A stretch of DNA of 64,000 nucleotides from an uncultured Candidatus Saccharibacteria bacterium (GTDB lineage Bacteria > Patescibacteriota > CPR2 > UBA1875 > CAIMLA01). Shown here piece after piece: positions 57,888 through 64,000 of the stretch. Position 1 is the stretch's first letter, and the number at the start of each line of letters is the position of its first letter. The notes under the pieces were generated by a model. That model did no database searches. It was not told the DNA's origin and saw only the letters and a program-made list of their open reading frames with translations. A program made the translations under genes and the position numbers. The stretch spans positions 9,346-73,345 of the forward strand of contig CAZEFH010000001.1 of NCBI GenBank assembly GCA_964511435.1, written 5' to 3'.

Positions 57888-58405
57888 TCAAAAATGACCC
57901 TATGGGTCATGAGTTAGTAAGGTTAACGCGGGGAGATCGCGACGGTGTCGGGCAGCAAACCCAACCAGTTCTTCGTCGCGATCTCCCACGAAATCCGCAT
58001 GCGCCCCTTCCTCGAGTATGGGGTCGCGCCTGTCGCGGGTGGTTTCCAACCAATGGAGTCAGGAGCGCTATTGCGACTGGCTCGGAAGGCCTTATAGCCA
58101 CCACTTAAACGGCAAACATGCAGATCTTGCGTCACGGGAGTGACTAGAGCTTTGCTTCAACTAGGCGACTTCGTCTCATCAGGCTCACCTGACGAGCTAC
58201 CCCGTCCCTTACGTTTCGCTGTCTCCAATCCCGTCCCGTATCTCACAGCAGTTTCGCTCTTGGCGGTTGCTCACAATCCTCTTTACGAGGACGCCTCAGA
58301 CCATGAATCGTCTGGACAGTGTAAGCTATTAAGGTTTCACCCCCGCGGTAGGCTATTCGCTGCTGTTAGAATCTAGTTGTCAAACTGTCGTCTTAGACGA
58401 CAATG
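57888..58405 (-). ncRNA. Candidate large structured non-coding RNA or long regulatory leader (class unknown), GC-rich
   Basis: Minus-strand consensus promoter (TTGACA 58435-58440, 17-nt spacer, TATAAT 58412-58417) and intrinsic terminator (stem ATGACCC/GGGTCAT 57895-57911 followed by a T-run on the minus strand). The region is much more G+C-rich than flanks, full of long stems (e.g. 13-bp GGGAGATCGCGACG/CGTCGCGATCTCCC), and carries only R/P-rich pseudo-ORFs. Confidence 0.5.
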
Positions 58406-58411
58406 TTCAAG

Positions 58412-58440
58412 ATTATACACGAATATCGTATATTTGTCAA
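58412..58440 (-). promoter_or_regulatory. Sigma70 consensus promoter (minus strand) driving the GC-rich RNA / ABC operon
   Basis: Reverse complement reads TTGACA-aatatacgatattcgtg-TATAAT (17-nt spacer). Confidence 0.6.
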
Positions 58441-58452
58441 CACTTTTTTTAT

Positions 58453-58480
58453 TTGACACTGTCTACTCACAGTGTAAAAT
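58453..58480 (+). promoter_or_regulatory. Sigma70-like promoter for the receiver-domain gene, with a palindrome in the spacer
   Basis: TTGACA (58453-58458) - 16 nt - TAAAAT (58475-58480); spacer contains CACTGTCTACTCACAGTG inverted repeat; AGGAG RBS before the ATG at 58497. Confidence 0.55.
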
Positions 58481-58496
58481 GAAATTAGGAGATATT

Positions 58497-58886
58497 ATGG
58501 CAATCAAAGTTCTACTCGCAGAAGACGACATTCAGCTCGTCGATATGTATAGCCGCAAGTTTGCCCTGGACGGCTTCGAAGTCCGCCTCGCTGAAGATGG
58601 ACAGAAGGCAATCGACTTTCTGAAAGAGGGCTATGTACCCGATGTAGCTATACTTGACGTGATGATGCCAATGGTTGACGGCCTACAAGTACTTGCCTAT
58701 ATCAAGGACCAAAAGGAACTCGCTGACGTAATTGTCATTATGCTTACAAACCTCTCTGACGAAAAAACAGCTGAAAGAATCTACGAGCTTGGCGCCACTG
58801 AGTACTTAGTGAAAGCAGAGCTTACTCCCCTAGAAGTATCGGCCAAGGTGAAGGAATTAATCTCGTATTACAAAAAGGATAAATAA
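58497..58886 (+). CDS. Single-domain response regulator (CheY-like receiver only)
   Basis: VLLAEDDIQLVDMY...DVAILDVMMPMVDGLQVL...LTNLSDEK...EYLVKA; start set at the Met with RBS (58497) rather than the track start 58377. Confidence 0.8.
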   Translation: MAIKVLLAEDDIQLVDMYSRKFALDGFEVRLAEDGQKAIDFLKEGYVPDVAILDVMMPMVDGLQVLAYIKDQKELADVIVIMLTNLSDEKTAERIYELGATEYLVKAELTPLEVSAKVKELISYYKKDK

Positions 58887-58895
58887 TAGCTTTTA

Positions 58896-58922
58896 CAAAA
58901 AGAGCCAGGTAGGGCTCTTTTT
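58896..58922. terminator. Bidirectional intrinsic terminator
   Basis: AAAA-GAGCC-aggtag-GGCTC-TTTTT between the convergent response-regulator and thioredoxin genes. Confidence 0.7.
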
Positions 58923-58945
58923 AATTTTGCATTTTTAGTTTTTAC

Positions 58946-59464
58946 TTACTTTAGATATTTATCGATGAGTTCTTTAAATTCTGCCTTAGTTCTCTCGCCC
59001 GTAAAACTCTCTACTTTTTCTCCATCTTTGAAAATCGTAATCGCTGGAACATAGGCAAAATTCTTATCCCAATTTAGGATAAATTCACGATTCGCATCGA
59101 CTGCTACGCTCATTTTTGCCACAACTAGCCTATCACCATATTCATTCGACAGATCTGTTAGAATCGGTGCTATCTTCTGGCAATGCGAGCAGGTTGGTGA
59201 GTACATATCCACTAGCACCACACCCTTCCCTGTAGTCACCTGGTTAAAATTTTCTGGGGTTAGCTTTACTTCTCGCGCGTCAAGTTTATCTACGTCTGCC
59301 GTCGAAGTCGAGGTGTTCACTGTTTCACTGTTATTTGTATCGTCTGTATTAGTACTATTTGAGCCGGTATTATTCCACGCCAAATATATCACACCTACAA
59401 ATGCGAGCACTACGACTACCGCGACTATAGGTAACAACTTCTTGTTTTTTTCTTTTTCAGCCAT
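58946..59464 (-). CDS. Membrane-anchored thioredoxin-family protein
   Basis: N-terminal TM, low-complexity Asn/Thr linker, thioredoxin active site CSHC (YSPTCSHCQKIAP). Confidence 0.8.
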   Translation of the reverse strand: MAEKEKNKKLLPIVAVVVVLAFVGVIYLAWNNTGSNSTNTDDTNNSETVNTSTSTADVDKLDAREVKLTPENFNQVTTGKGVVLVDMYSPTCSHCQKIAPILTDLSNEYGDRLVVAKMSVAVDANREFILNWDKNFAYVPAITIFKDGEKVESFTGERTKAEFKELIDKYLK

Positions 59465-59596
59465 ATTTCTCCTTCCTGCCCGTCCGAAACTTATTGTGTA
59501 GGATGGTCGGTTTAAGTATTATATCACTGTTCTTTGATTGTAAAAACACTCCTGATAAGCTATAATCTAGTGGCTTTTTATAGCGAATTGTGACAC

Positions 59597-59672
59597 GCGC
59601 CCGTAGCTCAGGGGATAGAGCAGTAGCCTTCTAAGCTATTGGTCGTTGGTTCGAATCCAACCGGGCGCGCCA
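59597..59672 (+). tRNA. tRNA-Arg (anticodon TCT), CCA encoded
   Basis: Acceptor GCGCCCG/CGGGCGC, anticodon stem GTAGC/GCTAT, loop CTTCTAA, T-arm GTTGG TTCGAAT CCAAC. Confidence 0.85.
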
Positions 59673-59723
59673 AATATTATTGAATATTAGAGCAATTTCT
59701 GTTATAATCTTCTAGTCATTTGA

Positions 59724-59799
59724 GGGCCCGTAGCTCAGTCGGTAGAGCAATTGCCTCTTAAGCAACTGGTCGTGGGTTCGAGTCCCACCGGGCCCTCCA
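59724..59799 (+). tRNA. tRNA-Lys (anticodon CTT), CCA encoded
   Basis: Acceptor GGGCCCG/CGGGCCC, anticodon loop CTCTTAA, T-arm GTGGG TTCGAGT CCCAC. Confidence 0.85.
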
Positions 59800-59810
59800 T
59801 AGAAATTTCT

Positions 59811-59835
59811 CCCCGCCCAGGCGGGGTTATTTATT
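59811..59835 (+). terminator. Intrinsic terminator after the tRNA pair
   Basis: CCCCGCC-cag-GCGGGG followed by TTATTTATT. Confidence 0.7.
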
Positions 59836-59841
59836 GGAAAC

Positions 59842-61047
59842 ATGATGAAAAATAACACGCATACACTTGGTTTTGTTCTTGGTCGCGATACTGCCCTTTC
59901 AGTGGCAGAAATTTTTGCTTACCTAAAAAGACAAGAGATTACGGTTTACTCAGAAAATCTTATCGGCAATGTACTTATACTCGAGCTAAGTAGCGGAAAG
60001 GTTAGTATTGGTGATCTCGGCGGTACTATTAAGATATTTGAAGTAATCGGGACTTACGAGACCCCGGCCCAAATAATCGAGACCCTTATCACAAAGGTTG
60101 ATTTTGAATCAGAAAAACGTATCAATTTCGGCGTTTCTGGATACGGAAATGTGAACAAAAATCTTGTTCTAAAAGTAGGTTATGAGATTAAGAGTAAGCT
60201 TGCCGATAGCGGATATTCTGCCCGCTTCGTCACTGGTAAAACTGTCGACCTATCTAGCGTAATCGTAACCGAAAACAAACTACTAGAGAGAGGGTTTGAA
60301 GCCAATATTCTTAGAGTGAGCGATGGATATTTACTCGGGGTTACTAATCAGGTTCAGGACTATAAAGCCTACTCCAAGCGTGATTTTGGTCGCCCCGTCC
60401 GTGACGCTCGCAATGGTATGCTACCACCGAAGCTCGCTCAAATCATGATTAATCTCGCTGCAAAGCCGACTTCGGCTACTATTTATGATCCCTTCTGCGG
60501 TAGCGGCACCATCCTCCAAGAAGCCCTATTCCTCGGCTATAGAGACATTTACGGAAGTGACATCGAGAAGAAAAACATTGAGGATAGCAGAGAGAACCTC
60601 GACTGGTTATATAAGGGCTTCGGGATGCCGAAGGTGCCCGAGGACAAGCTTTTCGTCAGCGACGCCCTGCAGCCATGCAAAGTTGTAACTGCGGCCGCAA
60701 TAGTTGCTGAAGGATATCTTGGAGAGCCGGTACGAAGATACAAAGATATCGCCGTTAAAGACGCTCAGAAACTAGCTCAGTTCTACGAAGTCGCCCTAAA
60801 ACAGCTTATTTCACAGCTCTCTAGCGGGGGCACAATTGTACTCGCCATCCCCTTCTTCGTTGTCGGGAAAGAATATATCTACCTCCCAATCATGGATTCT
60901 ATCGAGCAGCTGGGTCTGACCCATGAAAACTACATCCCAAGTAGCCTAGGAATCAGACTCTTTGGCCGCGGTAATCTCACCTACTCTCGCCCCGACCAGT
61001 TCGTCGGACGAGAGATACTTATTCTTGAAAAAGAAGCTAAAAAGTAA
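59842..61047 (+). CDS. THUMP-domain RNA (guanine-N2) methyltransferase family protein
   Basis: SAM motif I DPFCGSGTILQEA typical of m2G methyltransferases (RlmL/Trm11/TrmN class) with an N-terminal THUMP-like region; 401 aa. Confidence 0.7.
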   Translation: MMKNNTHTLGFVLGRDTALSVAEIFAYLKRQEITVYSENLIGNVLILELSSGKVSIGDLGGTIKIFEVIGTYETPAQIIETLITKVDFESEKRINFGVSGYGNVNKNLVLKVGYEIKSKLADSGYSARFVTGKTVDLSSVIVTENKLLERGFEANILRVSDGYLLGVTNQVQDYKAYSKRDFGRPVRDARNGMLPPKLAQIMINLAAKPTSATIYDPFCGSGTILQEALFLGYRDIYGSDIEKKNIEDSRENLDWLYKGFGMPKVPEDKLFVSDALQPCKVVTAAAIVAEGYLGEPVRRYKDIAVKDAQKLAQFYEVALKQLISQLSSGGTIVLAIPFFVVGKEYIYLPIMDSIEQLGLTHENYIPSSLGIRLFGRGNLTYSRPDQFVGREILILEKEAKK

Positions 61048-61174
61048 TATAATATTCGAGTTATAATCAATTGGAGTCCCCGAAAACGGTAATTTTTAAG
61101 GGGAAGAGGAAAAGTCGCGTAAAGTTTGAGCTTTTACACCAGTGAAAGCGGCAACTGACAGCGAACTTTGACGC

Positions 61175-61251
61175 CGGGGTGTAGCACAGTTGGCTAGTGC
61201 GCGCGGTTTGGGACCGCGAGGTCGAAGGTTCGAGTCCTTTCACCCCGACCA
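61175..61251 (+). tRNA. tRNA-Pro (anticodon TGG), CCA encoded
   Basis: Acceptor CGGGGTG/CACCCCG, anticodon stem CGCGG/CCGCG loop TTTGGGA, T-arm GAAGG TTCGAGT CCTTT. Confidence 0.85.
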
Positions 61252-61252
61252 G

Positions 61253-61279
61253 AAAAAACTGCCTTTCGGCAGCTTTTTT
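61253..61279. terminator. Bidirectional intrinsic terminator
   Basis: AAAAAA-CTGCC-tttc-GGCAG-CTTTTTT; overlaps the stop codon of the minus-strand glycosyltransferase. Confidence 0.7.
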
Positions 61280-62780
61280 AATTCCGTCTCAGGAGATCAA
61301 ATGTATCATATGACTTCTCGAGATGATAATTAGTATCAAAATACTCTGTCATGGGCTTATTTTTGTAATATAGTGTACTACGGTCTTTATAGACAACGAC
61401 ATACTTTGTCTGTGACTTCTCCATTTCAGAGATAAATAGTTTATTCAAATCAAATCCATAGTGGTCACGGTAATCAAGCAGCAGCACACTGGCAGAGACA
61501 AAACGACTACCACTATCACGATGAGAGAGTTGATAGAAAGTAGCGCCATAATCTGCCGTAAAGACCTTATCTGTAGGCAAAGTATGACTCTCTACATATT
61601 TGGCAATCTCGCTGTACTCTTTTGCTTCTACACTAGTGTAACCATGATACCAGCGGTATACCTGAACATCAGAATAAGCCAAGTTGATAGCAGCCCCAAA
61701 ACAGAAGATGGCTATAAATATAATCCAGAGATATTTACCGACTTGTTCACGCGAAAAGATAATCGTAGTGGCTACTAGTGCATATACCGGCATCAGGATC
61801 TCAAAATAATATAGATATGGTACCCCCACTGCGAAAAATGCAAAGGAGCCAAATATTACTGATATAACAAGGTACCAGTAGGCCAGATTCTGATACTGTT
61901 TGCGTATCTGAATAAAGAAAAATAGTGGACCTAGGATAATCAGAGGAGAGGCGAAGAGAACTAGGACATAGAAAAGCGTTAGATTCGAGAGGTCGCCTTT
62001 CCAGGCACTAGTAGAATACTTGGCGCTGAAGGAGAAACAAGCGATAATTGCTTCATTTAAAGTACCCTTGGCAGCGAAATAACTTGCCCATGCACCAGCT
62101 TGAACAAATAGAGGTAATACAAATATCAGACTATGTCCGACAAGTTTCGCGAAATCCTTATAGAAGTCCACAAGCATCAGAATCCCAATAGGAACACCGA
62201 GCAGGAGGAAATTTCCTTTCATGAAGAAAAGAATCGAGAAACAGACGCCTGAGGCAAATAATTGCCAGATCTTGCGGTCACGCCGGTAAGTAAAGTATGA
62301 AAGCAACATCCCCAGATAGAACACAAGGCCGAAGTTCTCGTTATTGTTTCCACTACTAGTAAACTGCTGCAAGCTAGACCAGAAGGTAAAAATAATGACC
62401 GACACCTTGATTGCTAGTTCGGTTCGTGACTTTATTAGCTGAGGGAGTAGTAGCTTCGCAAGTAAATAAAACATGTATATACCAAGAAGTGCCACTAGAG
62501 TGAAAAATATTCGATGGAGAATAATATTGTCACCAAGAATTATGGACATCAGGCCATTGATAAAAAAGATTACTGGTGGCTTGTGATCCCAGGCAGTTAC
62601 ATACAGGCTCCCACCATGAAACCAGTTGTTGCCAACATAGTAAAAGATCCAATGGTCACTATCGTATGGATAAGACCAGGTGGAGAAACGACAAACCACG
62701 AAGGTAATCGCTACTAGCCCCCAGTAACCGAGCGTAGAATTCCACATTTTCAAACCAAAATCTTTGAGCCTTGCAAACAC
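61278..62780 (-). CDS. GT-C fold membrane glycosyltransferase (ArnT/PMT, GT39/GT83-like)
   Basis: About 12 TM helices with N-terminal loop motif region (YPYDSDHWIFYYVGNNWFHGGSLYVTAWDHKPP) typical of dolichyl/undecaprenyl-phosphate-sugar dependent transferases. Confidence 0.7.
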   Translation of the reverse strand: MFARLKDFGLKMWNSTLGYWGLVAITFVVCRFSTWSYPYDSDHWIFYYVGNNWFHGGSLYVTAWDHKPPVIFFINGLMSIILGDNIILHRIFFTLVALLGIYMFYLLAKLLLPQLIKSRTELAIKVSVIIFTFWSSLQQFTSSGNNNENFGLVFYLGMLLSYFTYRRDRKIWQLFASGVCFSILFFMKGNFLLLGVPIGILMLVDFYKDFAKLVGHSLIFVLPLFVQAGAWASYFAAKGTLNEAIIACFSFSAKYSTSAWKGDLSNLTLFYVLVLFASPLIILGPLFFFIQIRKQYQNLAYWYLVISVIFGSFAFFAVGVPYLYYFEILMPVYALVATTIIFSREQVGKYLWIIFIAIFCFGAAINLAYSDVQVYRWYHGYTSVEAKEYSEIAKYVESHTLPTDKVFTADYGATFYQLSHRDSGSRFVSASVLLLDYRDHYGFDLNKLFISEMEKSQTKYVVVYKDRSTLYYKNKPMTEYFDTNYHLEKSYDTFDLLRRN

Positions 62781-63359
62781 CTAAGCCTCCTCTACTACTT
62801 GTTTCTCTATTCCTAGCTTGATCATTAACTCATCCACCTTTTCAAAAAGTTTCTCTAAAGAGTCATTATTTTCAATCAAGTGGTCCGCATTTTCGATCAT
62901 AGAGCTAATATTCTGCTTGTGTTCCGACTCACTGTGCATCTCGACTTCCTCATCTTGTCTGAAATCCTCCAGCGAAACCCGATCACTGACTCGATTGCGC
63001 GCCTTCGCCCACTGGTAGCGCTTTTCGAGAGGTGCAAGCGTTGCGATAACGATTCCTTCGAGCTGTTTCACTGCTTTTAGTTCACCCACCGCTCTAATAC
63101 CGTCAACAATTACTCTACCGCCCCCGGCTGCAATCGCCTTTTTTACAAAATAATCCGCCCCGTGAGACAAGCGTAGGTCATTCGCCGTTTTTACCATCAG
63201 CTCTCTCGTGGGCTCACCTAAATCGTTTTTTGCAATATGGTCACGCACCAGCTGGCCCGTAGAAACATGTCTGAAGCCGTAGTGTTGCTCCAGGTATTTC
63301 CCTGCGGTGTCTTTCCCGCTCAGAGGCATCCCAACTAGCGCGATAATTGCTTTCTCCAT
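62781..63359 (-). CDS. P-loop nucleotide/nucleoside kinase-like protein
   Basis: Start moved to MEKAIIALVGMPLSGKDTAG (Walker A) at about 63359; the track ORF's extra N-terminus is read-through across the antisense of three tRNA genes. Confidence 0.6.
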   Translation of the reverse strand: MEKAIIALVGMPLSGKDTAGKYLEQHYGFRHVSTGQLVRDHIAKNDLGEPTRELMVKTANDLRLSHGADYFVKKAIAAGGGRVIVDGIRAVGELKAVKQLEGIVIATLAPLEKRYQWAKARNRVSDRVSLEDFRQDEEVEMHSESEHKQNISSMIENADHLIENNDSLEKLFEKVDELMIKLGIEKQVVEEA

Positions 63360-63447
63360 ATTTTGTATTATAGCAAACAGTGGTTGTCTACTGCGAATAT
63401 ATTGAAAAATGGGCCAATTTCTGCTAAAATAACTAGGCATTTTACGA

Positions 63448-63523
63448 GCGGGTATCGTATAGCGGCTTATTATGCGACCCTTCCAAGGTCGAGAGGCGGG
63501 TTCGATTCCCGCTACCCGCTCCA
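63448..63523 (+). tRNA. tRNA-Gly (anticodon TCC), CCA encoded
   Basis: Acceptor GCGGGTA/TACCCGC, anticodon stem CGACC/GGTCG loop CTTCCAA, T-arm GCGGG TTCGATT CCCGC. Confidence 0.8.
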
Positions 63524-63524
63524 A

Positions 63525-63602
63525 GCGCCTATAGCTCAGTTGGATCAGAGCGTGTGGTTTCGGCCCACAAGGTCGGGGGTTCGAGTCCCTCTGGGCGCGC
63601 CA
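63525..63602 (+). tRNA. tRNA-Arg (anticodon TCG), CCA encoded
   Basis: Acceptor GCGCCTA/TGGGCGC, anticodon stem TGTGG/CCACA loop TTTCGGC, T-arm GGGGG TTCGAGT CCCTC. Confidence 0.8.
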
Positions 63603-63617
63603 AAATAAAATGCACAT

Positions 63618-63694
63618 GGTGGTCGTAGCTCAGTTGGTAGAGCCGCGGTTTGTGGTACCGCTGGTCGCGGGTTCGAGTCCCGTCGACCACCCCA
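63618..63694 (+). tRNA. tRNA-His (anticodon GTG) with genomically encoded G-1 and CCA
   Basis: G(-1)-GTGGTCG...CGACCAC-C-CCA; anticodon stem GCGGT/ACCGC loop TTGTGGT; C73 discriminator. Confidence 0.85.
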
Positions 63695-63705
63695 TATAGA
63701 AATTT

Positions 63706-63734
63706 AAAAGAACCCCTTATGGGGTTCTTTTATT
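63706..63734. terminator. Bidirectional intrinsic terminator
   Basis: AAAAGAACCCC-ttat-GGGGTTCTTTTATT between the tRNA cluster and the convergent HU gene. Confidence 0.7.
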
Positions 63735-63739
63735 ACTGC

Positions 63740-64000
63740 TTATCGTACTTCTTCTTTGAGGTTCTTGCCGGCGCGGAAACGAGGCATCTTCATCTCAGGG
63801 ATGCGGATGATTTCGCCACTCTGTGGATCACGACCACGACGTGCAGCTCGCTTACCTAGGTCAAAGGTACCGAAACCGGTAACAGCAACCTTTTCGCCCT
63901 TTTTCACGGTGCGAGTAACTATATCTACGAATTTATCCAGAAAAGCATCCACTTCCTTCTTAGTAAGCTTGGTTTCCTTTGAAAGTACATCTATAAGTTC
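63740..64000 (-). CDS. hup: DNA-binding protein HU, 5'-partial (N-terminus beyond window end)
   Basis: ...VAVTGFGTFDLGKRAARRGRDPQSGEIIRIPEMKMPRFRAGKNLKEEV; upstream in-frame ...ELIDVLSKETKLTKKEVDAFLDKFV continues to the window edge. Confidence 0.85.
   Translation of the reverse strand, partial: ELIDVLSKETKLTKKEVDAFLDKFVDIVTRTVKKGEKVAVTGFGTFDLGKRAARRGRDPQSGEIIRIPEMKMPRFRAGKNLKEEVR

Noticed and set aside
57878-58376. Four track ORFs (60-78 aa) inside the GC-rich stretch
   Set aside because: Arg/Pro/Gly-rich, no RBS, mutually overlapping on both strands; composition driven by GC-rich structured DNA, not coding.
57888-58405. RNase P RNA or tmRNA identity for the GC-rich RNA
   Set aside because: Only local look-alikes (GGGUGAAA..., ...AAGAGCG...) are present. 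No P4 pseudoknot partners (GGAAAGUCCGG / ACAGAA.CCGGCUUA) and no tRNA-like T-arm plus CCA end could be found on either strand. The motif positions relative to the mapped promoter do not fit RNase P order.
62781-63617. 278-aa track ORF whose N-terminus reads MCILFWRAQRDSNPRP...
   Set aside because: The first about 85 residues are the antisense translation of three tRNA genes (the DSNPRP-type read-through signature). The real protein starts at the Walker-A-containing Met around 63359.
1-64000. CRISPR arrays, rRNA genes, transposase/integrase genes
   Set aside because: No short regularly spaced repeats, no rRNA-like conserved stretches, and no recombinase-like ORFs were seen anywhere in the window.

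Overview
This is a gene-dense, low-GC bacterial window. Nearly every gene from position 1 to about 57.9 kb is on the minus strand, and the last 6 kb carries a plus-strand tRNA-rich region. The gene content is typical of a reduced-genome, fermentative bacterium and is compatible with a Candidate Phyla Radiation / Saccharibacteria-like lineage (inference from gene content). The evidence for that lineage guess is truncated AlaRS and MetRS, a lower-glycolysis supercluster, a four-subunit pyruvate:ferredoxin oxidoreductase next to ADP-forming acetyl-CoA synthetase, many cell-wall hydrolases and SH3b envelope proteins, and seven tRNAs with encoded CCA.

Most genes are recognisable housekeeping functions:
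- cell envelope and division: obg, a LysM/M23 peptidase, mltG, ruvX, an FtsA-like ATPase, and an RpfB-like protein
- translation, transcription and RNA modification: greA, alaS, metG, mnmA, rsmI, rsmA, and a THUMP methyltransferase
- Fe-S assembly and metals: iscS, iscU, and a small metal-handling operon
- repair: pcrA
- energy metabolism: porABCD plus ADP-forming acetyl-CoA synthetase, and gap-pgk-tpiA-fba-ppsA-eno-gpmI-pfkB
- transport: a P-type ATPase, an ABC exporter, and an MFS transporter

The parts worth a second look are:
1. A 7TM sensor histidine kinase sits directly downstream of an alpha-oxoamine synthase (SPT/CqsA/BioF family) and a fatty-acyl-CoA ligase. Upstream are an ABC exporter and a large hypothetical protein, and a receiver-only response regulator is transcribed divergently. 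This could be a sphingoid or alpha-hydroxyketone (CAI-1-like) signal-and-sensing or lipid module.
2. Between that operon and the response regulator is a roughly 520-nt GC-rich non-coding stretch. It has a perfect consensus sigma70 promoter and an intrinsic terminator on the minus strand, and is a candidate large structured RNA or long regulatory leader of unknown class.
3. A 1.27-kb GC-rich island between alaS and mnmA carries two small hypothetical genes, each with its own RBS, and several GC hairpins. It looks foreign (possibly horizontally acquired) and is unclassified.
4. A GC-rich, hairpin-forming insertion sits in frame inside mnmA.
5. A 34-aa metallothionein-like peptide (13 Cys) is missing from the ORF track. 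It lies with a strong RBS between two HMA-domain genes, immediately downstream of iscS/iscU.

Also of note are a tRNA-Glu with a duplicated 22-nt 3' end 185 bp away (an integration scar) and several clean bidirectional terminators.
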